Positions 27,143-37,093 of a DNA stretch of 64,000 nt are shown piece by piece. The stretch is taken from contig CP064973.1 in NCBI GenBank assembly GCA_016699365.1, positions 237,684 through 301,683 on the forward strand. The letters run 5' to 3'. The notes beneath the pieces were generated by a model. The model was not told where the DNA came from. It saw only the letters and a program-made list of their open reading frames with translations, and searched no databases. The number at the start of each line of letters is the position of its first letter. Position 1 is the stretch's first letter. The DNA comes from Candidatus Nomurabacteria bacterium. Its GTDB lineage: Bacteria; Patescibacteriota; Minisyncoccia; Phycocordibacterales; UBA9973. The translations under genes were made by a program, and so were the position numbers.

Positions 27143-29302
27143 TTATTCTTTTTTAGGTTCAACAGGAGGATATGGGTTTTTTATAAAATTTCTATCAGCT
27201 TCTTTTATAGATAAGCTTATTCTTCCTCTTTCCTTATCCACTCCCACAACCTTAACTGGAACCTCCATATCTTCTTTCAAAACATCAGTTACCCTGCTTA
27301 CTCTAAATGGGGCTATTTCTGATATGTGTACCAATCCTTCACCTCCGCCATTATTGAATGAAACTATTGCACCTACTTCTATTATTTTTATTACCTTAGC
27401 TGTGAATGCTTCTCCGACCACATATTCGTGCGTCATCGCTTCTACTATATCTCTCGCTTTTTCTGCGGCACCATTTTTTCCTGTTAAGAAAACTGTTCCG
27501 TCGTCTTCAATGGTTATTTCAGCTCCAGTATCTTCGCGGATCTTATTAACTGTTTTACCACCTCCTCCAATAACCATACCTATTTGATCTGGCTTTATTT
27601 TTGTTACGAGAATCTTTGGGGCATTTGGTGAAATATCAGATCTAGGTTTTTCAATTGTTCTGTTTATTTCTTCAAGTATTGTTTTGTGAGCAGCCCTTGA
27701 TTGAGTTAGAGATTCCTTCAATATTTTTACTGGAACTCCATCCAATTTTATATCAAGCTGTATTGCTGTTATTCCATTTTTTGTACCAGCAACCTTGAAA
27801 TCCATGTCTCCATAATGATCCTCGGGTCCTTGAATATCAGTAAGTATTTTGTACTTAGTGCTGTCTTCTGCAGATAGCATCAATCCCATTGCTATACCAG
27901 CAACAGGAGAAGATATCGGAACACCTCCATCCATCAGCGCTATCGAAGATGCACAAATTGAGGCCTGTGATGTTGATCCATTTGACGCCATAGATTCAGA
28001 AACAACACGTATTGTATATGGAAAGTCTATTTTATTTGGAATAACAGGAGTGAGTGCTTTTTCTGCTAAAAAACCATGACCCATTTCACGACGATTGATT
28101 CCACCCAATCTACCTGTTTCACCGGCTGAATATGGAGGAAAATTGTAATGATGCATGAAACGTTTTTCACCTTTTACTTCCATTCCATCTTGAACGAAAG
28201 CATCGTCTGGTCCCCCCAGTGTTAACACTGAAAGTACATGAGTTTCTCCTCTGTAAAATATTCCTGTTCCGTGTAACACACTTGATACACCTCCTGCTTC
28301 ACAGAATAGGGGTCTAACTTCATCCATACCTCTTCCATCAGCGCGTTTATTTTTGTTGATTGCACCATCATGCAACTCCTGGTCTACTTTGTCAGAAAAA
28401 TAGTCTTTTGCTATTGATACAACATCCTTATTTTCATCAGCGCTTCCGTATTTTTCATCGAGTATTTTTATCCAAGTGTCTTCAAGTTCGTGAATTGTCC
28501 TTTTGCTATCTTTGTTGAACAAGCTTGCCTCCATCTTGTCTTCTATTTGGTTGTGAAACATATCTACTATTTCTTGTGGAACAACTGGTTCAGAAAAAAA
28601 CTTCTTCTCTTTGCCGATCTCAGAAACAATTTTTTTCTGGAAAGATTCAATTTCTGTTATATGCTTCATTGCTAAATCAAGTGCATTCCCAAGCTCTGTT
28701 TCACTAACCTCACTTGCCATTGCCTCAATCATTGTTACATGAGCATCTCTACCACATACAGTTAGATCAAGATCATATTTATTGTCTCCATCTGGTGCGA
28801 TATATAGATCAACCCCCACATCCTCTGTTCCTTTTGGTTTTCCAATGTGCACACATCCCACAGGTCCACGCCATGGTATATCAGAAGTGGCTATTGCTAG
28901 TGAGGCCGCATTTACTCCAAGTATTGTTGGGTCTGATTTTCCAACCGCAATAACTGTTACGATTACTTGAACTGCATTTTTAATATGATGAGAAAAAAGC
29001 GGTCTAATAGTTCTATCTATAACACGTGACGCAAGTATCGCCTTATCTGAAGGTTTGCCTTCGCGACGAGTAAATTGGCTTCCAAGAATTTGCCCAGACG
29101 CATAGAACTTCTCTAGGTACTCAACTGTGAGATTGAAGAATCCTGGATTATTTTTGCCATCTTTACCCATGACTGCTGTAGCAAGCACGACCGTGTCTTC
29201 GCATTTGAGCATGACTGAACCATGTGCTTGGTCAGCCAAATCGGAGAATATTGCTACGATTTCCCTGCCTGCAATATTCAATTTGTATTCCTTTTTGTGC
29301 AT
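27143..29302 (-). CDS. pnp: polyribonucleotide nucleotidyltransferase (PNPase)
   Basis: 719 aa; two RNase PH-like domains; KH (IGKGGKTVN-like VIGGGGKTVNKI); C-terminal S1 domain. Confidence 0.9.
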   Translation of the reverse strand: MHKKEYKLNIAGREIVAIFSDLADQAHGSVMLKCEDTVVLATAVMGKDGKNNPGFFNLTVEYLEKFYASGQILGSQFTRREGKPSDKAILASRVIDRTIRPLFSHHIKNAVQVIVTVIAVGKSDPTILGVNAASLAIATSDIPWRGPVGCVHIGKPKGTEDVGVDLYIAPDGDNKYDLDLTVCGRDAHVTMIEAMASEVSETELGNALDLAMKHITEIESFQKKIVSEIGKEKKFFSEPVVPQEIVDMFHNQIEDKMEASLFNKDSKRTIHELEDTWIKILDEKYGSADENKDVVSIAKDYFSDKVDQELHDGAINKNKRADGRGMDEVRPLFCEAGGVSSVLHGTGIFYRGETHVLSVLTLGGPDDAFVQDGMEVKGEKRFMHHYNFPPYSAGETGRLGGINRREMGHGFLAEKALTPVIPNKIDFPYTIRVVSESMASNGSTSQASICASSIALMDGGVPISSPVAGIAMGLMLSAEDSTKYKILTDIQGPEDHYGDMDFKVAGTKNGITAIQLDIKLDGVPVKILKESLTQSRAAHKTILEEINRTIEKPRSDISPNAPKILVTKIKPDQIGMVIGGGGKTVNKIREDTGAEITIEDDGTVFLTGKNGAAEKARDIVEAMTHEYVVGEAFTAKVIKIIEVGAIVSFNNGGGEGLVHISEIAPFRVSRVTDVLKEDMEVPVKVVGVDKERGRISLSIKEADRNFIKNPYPPVEPKKE

Positions 29303-29451
29303 ATATTTTTTATGAACACCTCCAAACTTTAGTATGGAAGCAGGCGCGCTTTCATTACTACATGTCTGAAGATATTCTGTTATTTTCTAATATATTTAGA
29401 CTAACAAAACTTTGATAAAAAACAAAAGCCCTTTCTGAGGGCTTTTGTTTT

Positions 29452-29979
29452 TTATCTTCTCTGTCTTCCTAGACTTCCGATAAGATATTTTCTTGGGTTT
29501 TCTGATAGATCCATAAAGTCGTCTACTGCTTCCTTTAGTTTCATTGAAGATGATTTACCAAATGATACAACTTCTACCTGTACACCAGAGTGTATCTGTA
29601 GATATTCTACAAGTGGTACATAGTCTCCATCACCAGATACGATTATCACTGCATCAAGTTTTGTAGCCATAGTGATTGCATCTACTGCAAGGCCCACGTC
29701 CCAGTCGCCCTTTTTAGCACCATCAACGAATATCTGGAGATCTTTGGTTTTTGTCTCAATGCCCATTTTAGTAAGTGCGTCAAAGAAATTTTTCTCGTCC
29801 CCTGCTTCTGTGTTAATTACATATGCAATTGCGCGCACAAGCTTGCGACCTCCTACTGCGTCTTTTAATATTGCACCGAAGTTTACACGTGCTTTGTATA
29901 AATTTTTTGCACTATGATATAAATTTTGCGTATCAATAAATACTGCTACGCGCTGTTCTAAGTGTTTAATAACTGCCAT
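29452..29979 (-). CDS. NYN/LabA-like (PIN-fold) predicted ribonuclease domain protein
   Basis: 175 aa; VAVFIDTQNL...VIIVSGDGDY motifs typical of NYN/LabA (COG1432-like). Confidence 0.65.
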   Translation of the reverse strand: MAVIKHLEQRVAVFIDTQNLYHSAKNLYKARVNFGAILKDAVGGRKLVRAIAYVINTEAGDEKNFFDALTKMGIETKTKDLQIFVDGAKKGDWDVGLAVDAITMATKLDAVIIVSGDGDYVPLVEYLQIHSGVQVEVVSFGKSSSMKLKEAVDDFMDLSENPRKYLIGSLGRQRR

Positions 29980-30102
29980 AAAATGTTTTTTCTAATTGTA
30001 ATAAAATATTCAATGCTCAAAGTTTGCTACATATAGTGTAGCAGAATGTATATAAATAAGGAGTGTATAAAAAATATCACTCGATTTCTCGAGTGATATT
30101 TT

Positions 30103-30363
30103 TTATTCTTTTATCTTTTTAACAGCTGCAGCGTGGCGTGTCTTATCTTTCTTCTCGAGGTATTTAAGATGTGATCTGCGGTCTCCAACCATTTTGATGA
30201 GTCCTCGTCTTGAGTGGTCATCTTTCTTGTGTTTTTTAAGATGAGTTGTAAGTTCGTCAATAGAAGCCGATAGGATAGCTATCTGCACTTCTGGTGAACC
30301 AGTGTCCTTTTCATGAACCTGGCTCTTTTTTATAACTGTTTGTTTTTTCTTTACTGTAAGCAT
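30103..30363 (-). CDS. rpsO: 30S ribosomal protein S15
   Basis: 86 aa; motif DTGSPEVQIA...RRGLIKMVGDRRSHLKYL. Confidence 0.85.
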   Translation of the reverse strand: MLTVKKKQTVIKKSQVHEKDTGSPEVQIAILSASIDELTTHLKKHKKDDHSRRGLIKMVGDRRSHLKYLEKKDKTRHAAAVKKIKE

Positions 30364-30433
30364 TGTGGCTATATAGTAGCATATTTATCTATAAATTGCA
30401 AGCCCCCGAGGATATCGGGGGCTTTTGGCCATT

Positions 30434-30736
30434 TTAGGCTGGTTCTTTGTCCTCATACACACTGGAATCCATAAAGATCATTTGTCCTATGAACAACAGG
30501 GCAAGTCCAATATCTCTCCATGAGTTATTCCTACGAATCATTATTAGCGCAGAAACTAAAACCGTAAAAAGAGACAAGCTTATACCGGAAATCCATCCAA
30601 AATAATTTAGCAGGAGGTATATAGGATAAAAAAACAAGGACAATATGAGTATTCCTTTCAAAGCACGTATGGTGAATTGAATAATTATAAATAACCAGTC
30701 CAAAATAAAAACAAATATTTTTTTCATAACAAACAA
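30434..30736 (-). CDS. small hypothetical membrane protein
   Basis: 100 aa, 3 predicted TM segments. The overlapping ORF 30531-30773 in another frame is judged spurious. Confidence 0.3.
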   Translation of the reverse strand: MFVMKKIFVFILDWLFIIIQFTIRALKGILILSLFFYPIYLLLNYFGWISGISLSLFTVLVSALIMIRRNNSWRDIGLALLFIGQMIFMDSSVYEDKEPA

Positions 30737-30785
30737 TTTTCTCTATTAAATACGAAAAGTCTCTAAAAGTCAAAAATGCTATAAT

Positions 30786-31706
30786 TTGAACATGTCTGAA
30801 GTCGAAAATCTAAAACGTCAATTTTTGGAATATATGGAAATTGAACGTGGAGCAAGTCTTAATACTGTTTCAAATTACGATAGATACTTGTCTCGGTTTT
30901 TTGAGTTTATAAAATCTGACAATATAAAAAACATCACAGATGATTCAATTCGTGAATACAGACTATATCTAAATAGGCAGCCAGGTATGCATGTTCGTGG
31001 GCAGTCTAGCTCTACAATGAAGAAAAACACTCAAAACTATTACTTAATAGCGCTTCGAAGATTTCTAAAATACCTGATGAAGCGCGGAATTAGTGCAATA
31101 TCCCCCGATGCAATAGAGCTCGCAAAGATCAAGGAAAGACATCTAGATCTTATAAGTGTAGATGAGCTAAACAGACTCTTGAAAGCTCCAGACACAGAAG
31201 AAATCGGTTCTCTTAGAGATCGTGCGATATTGGAACTTTTTTTCTCGACAGGTCTTCGCTTGTCAGAGTTATGTTCTTTGAATCGAGATTTAGATTTATC
31301 TAAAGATGAATTTTCAATTCGAGGTAAAGGTGAAAAGGTTCGTGTGGTTTTTCTGTCCGATACTGCAAAATCTGCAATACGTGCTTATTTAAAAAAGCGC
31401 GTTGATACAGATGAGCCAATGTTCGTTCAGCACGCTCGCAATAAAGGTCAGGGTGGTGGACGTTTAACACAAAGGTCAATTGAAAGAATTGTAAAACACT
31501 ATGCAATAAAGGCCGGTATTTCCAAGAAAGTTACTCCGCACGTAATACGTCACTCTTTTGCAACAGACCTACTCTCAAACGGCGCTGATATTCGCTCTGT
31601 GCAGATGATGCTTGGGCATGCAAATATTGCTACAACTCAAATATATACACACGTAACAGACAAACAACTTCGAGATGTACACAAAAAGTTTCATTCAAAG
31701 AAATAA
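30786..31706 (+). CDS. xerC: tyrosine site-specific recombinase XerC/XerD family
   Basis: 306 aa; C-terminal catalytic motifs RHSFATDLLSNGADIRSVQMMLGHANIATTQIYTHV with R..HxxR..Y. Confidence 0.8.
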   Translation: MNMSEVENLKRQFLEYMEIERGASLNTVSNYDRYLSRFFEFIKSDNIKNITDDSIREYRLYLNRQPGMHVRGQSSSTMKKNTQNYYLIALRRFLKYLMKRGISAISPDAIELAKIKERHLDLISVDELNRLLKAPDTEEIGSLRDRAILELFFSTGLRLSELCSLNRDLDLSKDEFSIRGKGEKVRVVFLSDTAKSAIRAYLKKRVDTDEPMFVQHARNKGQGGGRLTQRSIERIVKHYAIKAGISKKVTPHVIRHSFATDLLSNGADIRSVQMMLGHANIATTQIYTHVTDKQLRDVHKKFHSKK

Positions 31707-31731
31707 GTTGGATGTTGTATGATATAAGATA

Positions 31732-32379
31732 ATGGACTATAAAACACAAAAAGAATATTTCGAGCGTGCGTATCGAACTGGTAGCGATATCTGGACTCAC
31801 ACCCCATATGATTTAAAAGGTAAGGATCTAACACCCTACTTACCACCAAATGCGATGATTCTTGATTTAGGAAGCGGTCGCGGGAGATTCCCTTTTGAAT
31901 TAGTAAATCTAGGATTTAGGGTTATTGGTCTTGAATATGTAAAAGAAATAGTTGATAAAAATAACGAAGAAATAAAAATAAATAAAATATCTGACAAAAT
32001 CAGATTTATAGAAGGAGATGTTTTAGATGTACCTTTTGCAGACAATAGTTTTGATGGTGTTGTAGATTTTGGATTACTTCAGCATTTGGATAGAAGTGAC
32101 TGGCTAACCTATATGCAAGAATCTTTAAGAGTTTTAAAAAGTGGAGGTTATTTTTTACTAGTTTTATTATCAAAAGAAACAGAGCAGTATTTAACATGGA
32201 ATCCTAAAAAAGATTTAAATGGAGACTTTGAAAACGAAGGTGTTTTATATCATTTTTTTACACTAGACGAATTGATAAAATTATTTGGCGACAATGCTAC
32301 TCTAGAGCATCAGAAAATTGATTATATAAAAGACAAAGAAAATCTTGCGTATATAGTCACCTTGTTTCGTAAAAAATAA
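31732..32379 (+). CDS. class I SAM-dependent methyltransferase
   Basis: 215 aa; motif I ILDLGSGRGRF; motif II/III region. Confidence 0.6.
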   Translation: MDYKTQKEYFERAYRTGSDIWTHTPYDLKGKDLTPYLPPNAMILDLGSGRGRFPFELVNLGFRVIGLEYVKEIVDKNNEEIKINKISDKIRFIEGDVLDVPFADNSFDGVVDFGLLQHLDRSDWLTYMQESLRVLKSGGYFLLVLLSKETEQYLTWNPKKDLNGDFENEGVLYHFFTLDELIKLFGDNATLEHQKIDYIKDKENLAYIVTLFRKK

Positions 32380-32407
32380 AACCCAAGAACAAAGTTCTTG
32401 GGTTTCG

Positions 32408-32480
32408 CGCGAAAGGTGGGACTCGAACCCACGACCCTCGGTTTTGGAGACCGCCACTCTACCAACTGAGCTACTATCGC
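32408..32480 (-). tRNA. tRNA-Trp (anticodon CCA)
   Basis: Hand-folded cloverleaf: anticodon arm CGGT-CTCCAAA-ACCG, identical to the canonical tRNA-Trp anticodon arm; T-arm GTGGG TTCGAGT CCCAC. Confidence 0.75.
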
Positions 32481-32785
32481 TTATGTTTATTTTTTACATT
32501 TTTGAATAAAAAAGGGCCGGATTCCGAAGATTCCGACCCATATTGTTGTGGCATATAGATCTTTCGATTTATATGTTGCAAGGTCATCTTGACCAGCACG
32601 TTTGCTTCGGGAGCGAACGAAACTAGCTACTCAGCTTATAAGGCAGCGAAACCCATATCAAGCTGATACCTTGCGCACAACAATTTAGTTTACAGAACAG
32701 GCTAAGAGCTATATTATTCCTGAGTTACTTTTTTGTCAATATATACCAAAAACGTGAGTTTTGTTTTTCCTGATATAATCATTTT

Positions 32786-33583
32786 ATGAAAATTATAAGT
32801 TGGAATGTAAATGGTATCAGAGCAGTTCACAAAAAAGGATTGTTTGTTCCGTTTATAGAAAAATACAAGCCAGATATTATCTGCCTACAAGAAACAAAAG
32901 CACAAGAGCACCAATCAGAAGTTGATCTGCCAGAATATGAAGAGTATTGGAATTCAGCCGAACGTCCAGGTTATAGTGGTACAGCAATTTTCACAAAGAT
33001 AAAACCAATAAAAATAATTAATGGTATTCCAGATAAAATAGCAAAAAAGTTTGGGTTAAAAGATGATTTATACGGAGATCCAAATTCTGAAGGTCGTGTA
33101 ATTGCTGCTGAATTTAAAAAGTTTTTTGTAGTTACTGTGTATACACCAAATTCAAAAGATGACCTATCGCGTATTCCTCTCCGATACAAAAAATGGGATC
33201 CGGCATTTCTAGCTTTCATAAAAGAACTAGAGAAAAATAAGCCTGTTATATTTTGCGGGGATTTAAATGTTGCTCACACTCCCCTCGACCTTGCTCGACC
33301 GAAAGAGAATGTTGGTAAAAAAGGTTTTACATCAGAAGAGAGAGAAGGAATAGATAAAATAATCAAAGCGGATTTCATAGATACTTTTCGTATTTTTAAA
33401 AAAGATTCTGGTCATTACACATGGTGGAGTCACTTTGCGGCTGCTCGAGCTAGAAATATTGGTTGGCGCATAGATTATTTCTTTGCTTCTAAAAAACTTG
33501 TTTCAAAAATAATTTCAGCAAAAATATTAGACGAACAAATAGGTTCTGATCACTGCCCTATTTTACTCGAAGTAAAAGACTAG
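32786..33583 (+). CDS. xth: exodeoxyribonuclease III (AP endonuclease)
   Basis: 265 aa; N-terminal MKIISWNVNGIRA; catalytic D/N/H motifs of the EEP family. Confidence 0.85.
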   Translation: MKIISWNVNGIRAVHKKGLFVPFIEKYKPDIICLQETKAQEHQSEVDLPEYEEYWNSAERPGYSGTAIFTKIKPIKIINGIPDKIAKKFGLKDDLYGDPNSEGRVIAAEFKKFFVVTVYTPNSKDDLSRIPLRYKKWDPAFLAFIKELEKNKPVIFCGDLNVAHTPLDLARPKENVGKKGFTSEEREGIDKIIKADFIDTFRIFKKDSGHYTWWSHFAAARARNIGWRIDYFFASKKLVSKIISAKILDEQIGSDHCPILLEVKD

Positions 33584-33608
33584 TTTTATTTGACATTTAG
33601 CTTAAAAT

Positions 33609-34211
33609 GTGATATTGTATATATTCACAAGTTCATTTCACAAAAAAATTATACATATGCATTCATGGGACAAAAATGTTTTGTTTGATTGGGACTGGTT
33701 AATGTATGGTGCTTCTGGTAAAGAAGTGTACCGCACGCTAACCGATTTTTTTGAACAGCAGCAGAAGCGAGCCGAGAATCGCAATGGTTCTGTTCCAGCA
33801 CCAAAAAGTGATGGGCGAGATAAGTTCAAAAACACCCTCGGGAAACACGTTTATCACCCAAGGGTGATGAACAAGCTTTCATACCTAGAACAAGATGAGA
33901 TCGACGATCTCTACCTGGAATATGCAGGTACTGCAATGACCGAACATATTAAACAAGTCAGAAAAGAATGGCTTAAAATGTCCGAGCAAATGCAAGACAT
34001 CGCTCTCGCTGAGCAGATTGAAGCTCTGTATGAATACCCCACAAAGGTTTCAGACAAAGCGGAATATCTACGAATGCAATTTTATGCATTCCCGCTCGCC
34101 GGACTTTTTGGTCATACAAAAGAGGTTGTAAAAAACTTGATCGAAAAAGATGTTTCCTGGTTAGAGCCTCTTGAGGTTGTGATTCAGGAAAGATCTCGAG
34201 CCACAGTGTGA
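33609..34211 (+). CDS. hypothetical protein
   Basis: 200 aa ORF (alternative start Met at 33657); no recognised motif; locally higher GC. Confidence 0.35.
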   Translation: MILYIFTSSFHKKIIHMHSWDKNVLFDWDWLMYGASGKEVYRTLTDFFEQQQKRAENRNGSVPAPKSDGRDKFKNTLGKHVYHPRVMNKLSYLEQDEIDDLYLEYAGTAMTEHIKQVRKEWLKMSEQMQDIALAEQIEALYEYPTKVSDKAEYLRMQFYAFPLAGLFGHTKEVVKNLIEKDVSWLEPLEVVIQERSRATV

Positions 34212-34294
34212 AATAAAAACCCCTGACTAGTTCAGGGGTTTAAATTTTGCAATATTGTAAATACCATGTTAATTTCAAGAAAGAATTGTAAAAT

Positions 34295-35074
34295 ATGCAG
34301 ACAAAAGAACCAAAGTATTTTCGTATTCGCGCAAACGAAGAGAAAATCAAATTCATTATTGAAAAAACAGATATCTCAGCTGAGATTATTCTAAAGGCTC
34401 AGAAAGTTGCCGTGCAAAACCCATATCATGGATTTGGTCATGAGCTCGGTGTGACTGAGAGTGGGATTATGATCGCAGAAGCATGTGGTTGCAATAGATA
34501 TGACATAAATACTATTGCCTTAGCTCTACTCTTTCATGACGCTGATCATAGAGGGATTCACAATCCAGAAGATGAAGAACGTGCTGCTATTGCAATGATG
34601 TCTTCTCTATCAAAAAAGGATTTGAAGATTTGTGGAGTATCACCTATTCTTGCTCAACAAAGGATTCGTGACTTTATACTCTCTACCAGATTCTCTGTTC
34701 ATGGGAAATCTGGAGACTTGGGTGTGTGTATTGTTCAAGACGCAGACATTGCTTCTATTGGAAGAGGTCCGGAGTATTGGCTCTGGGCAACTATGGGGTT
34801 GGTCGATGAATTCAACAATCAACATGAAAAACCCATAACACCTTTTAATTTTATTCACACAGAGCAGGTTAAGTTCCTTGAGGTTTTAGAAAGTTCTTCT
34901 ATCAATGGAGAAATATTTCTCACAAGTGGAGCTAGAAAAATATTCTACGATCCATACGAATCCCTTGAGATCATGCTCTCTTGGCCAGAGGAAGCTATAG
35001 ATTGGGCATATTCTGTTCGCTTTGAAGATCTGACCTTCGAAGAATTCCAAGAAGGATTAAATAAAATAATATAA
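34295..35074 (+). CDS. HD-superfamily metal-dependent phosphohydrolase
   Basis: 259 aa; H...GH (YHGFGHELGV) and LLFHDADHRG give a His/HD motif arrangement. Confidence 0.5.
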   Translation: MQTKEPKYFRIRANEEKIKFIIEKTDISAEIILKAQKVAVQNPYHGFGHELGVTESGIMIAEACGCNRYDINTIALALLFHDADHRGIHNPEDEERAAIAMMSSLSKKDLKICGVSPILAQQRIRDFILSTRFSVHGKSGDLGVCIVQDADIASIGRGPEYWLWATMGLVDEFNNQHEKPITPFNFIHTEQVKFLEVLESSSINGEIFLTSGARKIFYDPYESLEIMLSWPEEAIDWAYSVRFEDLTFEEFQEGLNKII

Positions 35075-35107
35075 AAATAAACCCGCAAATATTTGCGGGT
35101 TTTACTA

Positions 35108-35872
35108 TTACCAATCACACAATTCTCCAATTTCTTTCCACTTCTGGTCATCCTCTTGTTGTAATCTTTTTTCTGAATCTCCTACTGTTTCAATTTCTAG
35201 ACGCTTACATTCAGTAGTAATTTTATGTAAAAGTTTTTCCTTAACACCATCTACTCCATTAATTTTTCTGAAAAGTGGTAAATATACTTCTTTTGTTTCT
35301 TCCAAAGTTCTCTTACTTTTTTTGATAACCGCTAAAGTATCTGATCCGCTTGTCCTAAGGTTATGAAGTCTATCTATGGCTTTACAACGAAGCACTTTTT
35401 CTTCTTTCATAATATTCGACAGATAGTACTCCCCTGTTTCTTTTTTAACGAAAAATCTAATACCATCAACTTCCGGTTTTGTAAGTGCGATCACTATTTC
35501 TGCGACATTTTCGTTAAACATTCTACTGATACGATATGTTGCAGTGCTTACAAAACTATCCCAACCTGCGGTTCTGTTGCCAAATATTGGAGAATCTTCT
35601 CCTGCGTCGTGCAAGAACAATGCGCATATTACATCTCTGTCATACCAACCAAGTTCATCAAGAGCGATAATCACCAGGGCTCTAGGGTGCTCAAAATATC
35701 TTTCACCGCTATCACGAGTATGAGTTCTGTGAGCTTCTTTGGATACATCATATGCAAGCATAATCATGTCGACATCGAAGCTACTCGCACTATGTCTTTT
35801 CAATCTTTCAATAAATGTTTGTCTGTTTTCTATCATAATCTGTTTTTTAATAGTTGAATGCTCTAAATTCAT
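35108..35872 (-). CDS. RelA/SpoT-type HD hydrolase (small alarmone hydrolase-like) with C-terminal extension
   Basis: GERYFEHPRAL...ALFLHDAGED and KAIDRLHNLRT match the SpoT HD signatures (GEPYI.HP / LHD..ED / KLADRLHNMRT). Confidence 0.65.
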   Translation of the reverse strand: MNLEHSTIKKQIMIENRQTFIERLKRHSASSFDVDMIMLAYDVSKEAHRTHTRDSGERYFEHPRALVIIALDELGWYDRDVICALFLHDAGEDSPIFGNRTAGWDSFVSTATYRISRMFNENVAEIVIALTKPEVDGIRFFVKKETGEYYLSNIMKEEKVLRCKAIDRLHNLRTSGSDTLAVIKKSKRTLEETKEVYLPLFRKINGVDGVKEKLLHKITTECKRLEIETVGDSEKRLQQEDDQKWKEIGELCDW

Positions 35873-36095
35873 TTAATTGACTTTCCATATCCTTGGACAG
35901 GTTGTAGACTTCCATGACTTTTTGCATGTTTTTGCCATTGTATTCACTTTCCACTTCCTTAACATTTTCGTTACTTTCTACAAATACAGGATAGTCATCA
36001 TGGTCAAATGTGTCACAAACAACCACGAGGTGAGTTGCTCCTTGTTCGATTCCTCTTAAGAACCATTCTCTGATTTCGTTTTTTGTAGTCGCCAT
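35847..36095 (-). CDS. small hypothetical protein (82 aa) overlapping the SAH start
   Basis: ORF overlaps the start of the downstream SpoT-like gene by 26 nt on the same strand, consistent with a co-transcribed pair. Confidence 0.3.
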   Translation of the reverse strand: MATTKNEIREWFLRGIEQGATHLVVVCDTFDHDDYPVFVESNENVKEVESEYNGKNMQKVMEVYNLSKDMESQLNEFRAFNY

Positions 36096-36259
36096 AATTA
36101 TTTAGTTTTAAATGAAATGAATCTACCTTGACTATACAGACTCGAAATAAAAAATGTAATAGATTTTTTACTATTTTTGCTCACTAGTATATAGCCCTTT
36201 ACTTATTGACAAAATACACGTATTTTAATAGGATTAAATTGTAAATAGAATTTTACAAT

Positions 36260-37024
36260 ATGAACTATACAAATGAACTAATTCGCATAGGACTCACCCG
36301 AGAGCAGGCTCTCATATATGAAGTACTACTCGCTTCTCCTCTTTTACCTGTACGCAATATTTCTAAAAATGCTGGTGTGGGCCGCGAGCTTACTTACTAT
36401 GTACTAGATCAACTCACTATTCTCGGCTTGTGTGAAAAAGTGGAACATGTCGGCAAGGTAGCACTATGGCGCGCAAAGCATCCAGAGAGTATCAAAAAAG
36501 TTGCCGAAGAAAAGAAACTTCTCGCAGATGAAGCAAGCTTAGCTTACGGAAAAGTCATCGAGCACCTTGTAAGTGACTTCAATACCCTTCACTCTCGTCC
36601 GCATGTAAAATTCTTTGAAGGTTTCGATGGACTCAACGAAACATATGCTGATATTTTAAAAAATGCAAAAGAAGTTTTTGTATTCCGCTCCCTATATGAT
36701 CATGAGAACTCTGAACTTCGCGCGCTCGTAAGCGAGCAACTAAAAAAGCAGTCCAAGGCTGGGATTCGTTCGTATGTGCTCACTCCAAAACTAGAGCATA
36801 TGTCTAATGTTGTATATTCGCATGATTTAGAGCGCAACATAACTCGCAAAATTATTCCAAAAGATAAGTTTGTTTTACCGGCATATATCTTGATCTACAA
36901 AGGTAAGGTTAGTATCACTTCTGTTAAAAACAAAGACTCGATGGTTACAACACTTATTGAAAACTCAGATATTGCAGATACATTTCTGACACTATTCCAA
37001 TTTATGTGGGATTCCATTGAATAG
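36260..37024 (+). CDS. TrmB-family transcriptional regulator
   Basis: 254 aa; N-terminal winged HTH of TrmB type (LTREQALIYEVLL...ISKNAGVGRELTYYVLDQL); paralogous architecture to the 46166-46939 gene. Confidence 0.5.
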   Translation: MNYTNELIRIGLTREQALIYEVLLASPLLPVRNISKNAGVGRELTYYVLDQLTILGLCEKVEHVGKVALWRAKHPESIKKVAEEKKLLADEASLAYGKVIEHLVSDFNTLHSRPHVKFFEGFDGLNETYADILKNAKEVFVFRSLYDHENSELRALVSEQLKKQSKAGIRSYVLTPKLEHMSNVVYSHDLERNITRKIIPKDKFVLPAYILIYKGKVSITSVKNKDSMVTTLIENSDIADTFLTLFQFMWDSIE

Positions 37025-37093
37025 CTTGACATTTTTATATATTTATATTATAAAAAACAAGTAAATAAATAAGTTCATCAAAACAAAATAGAT

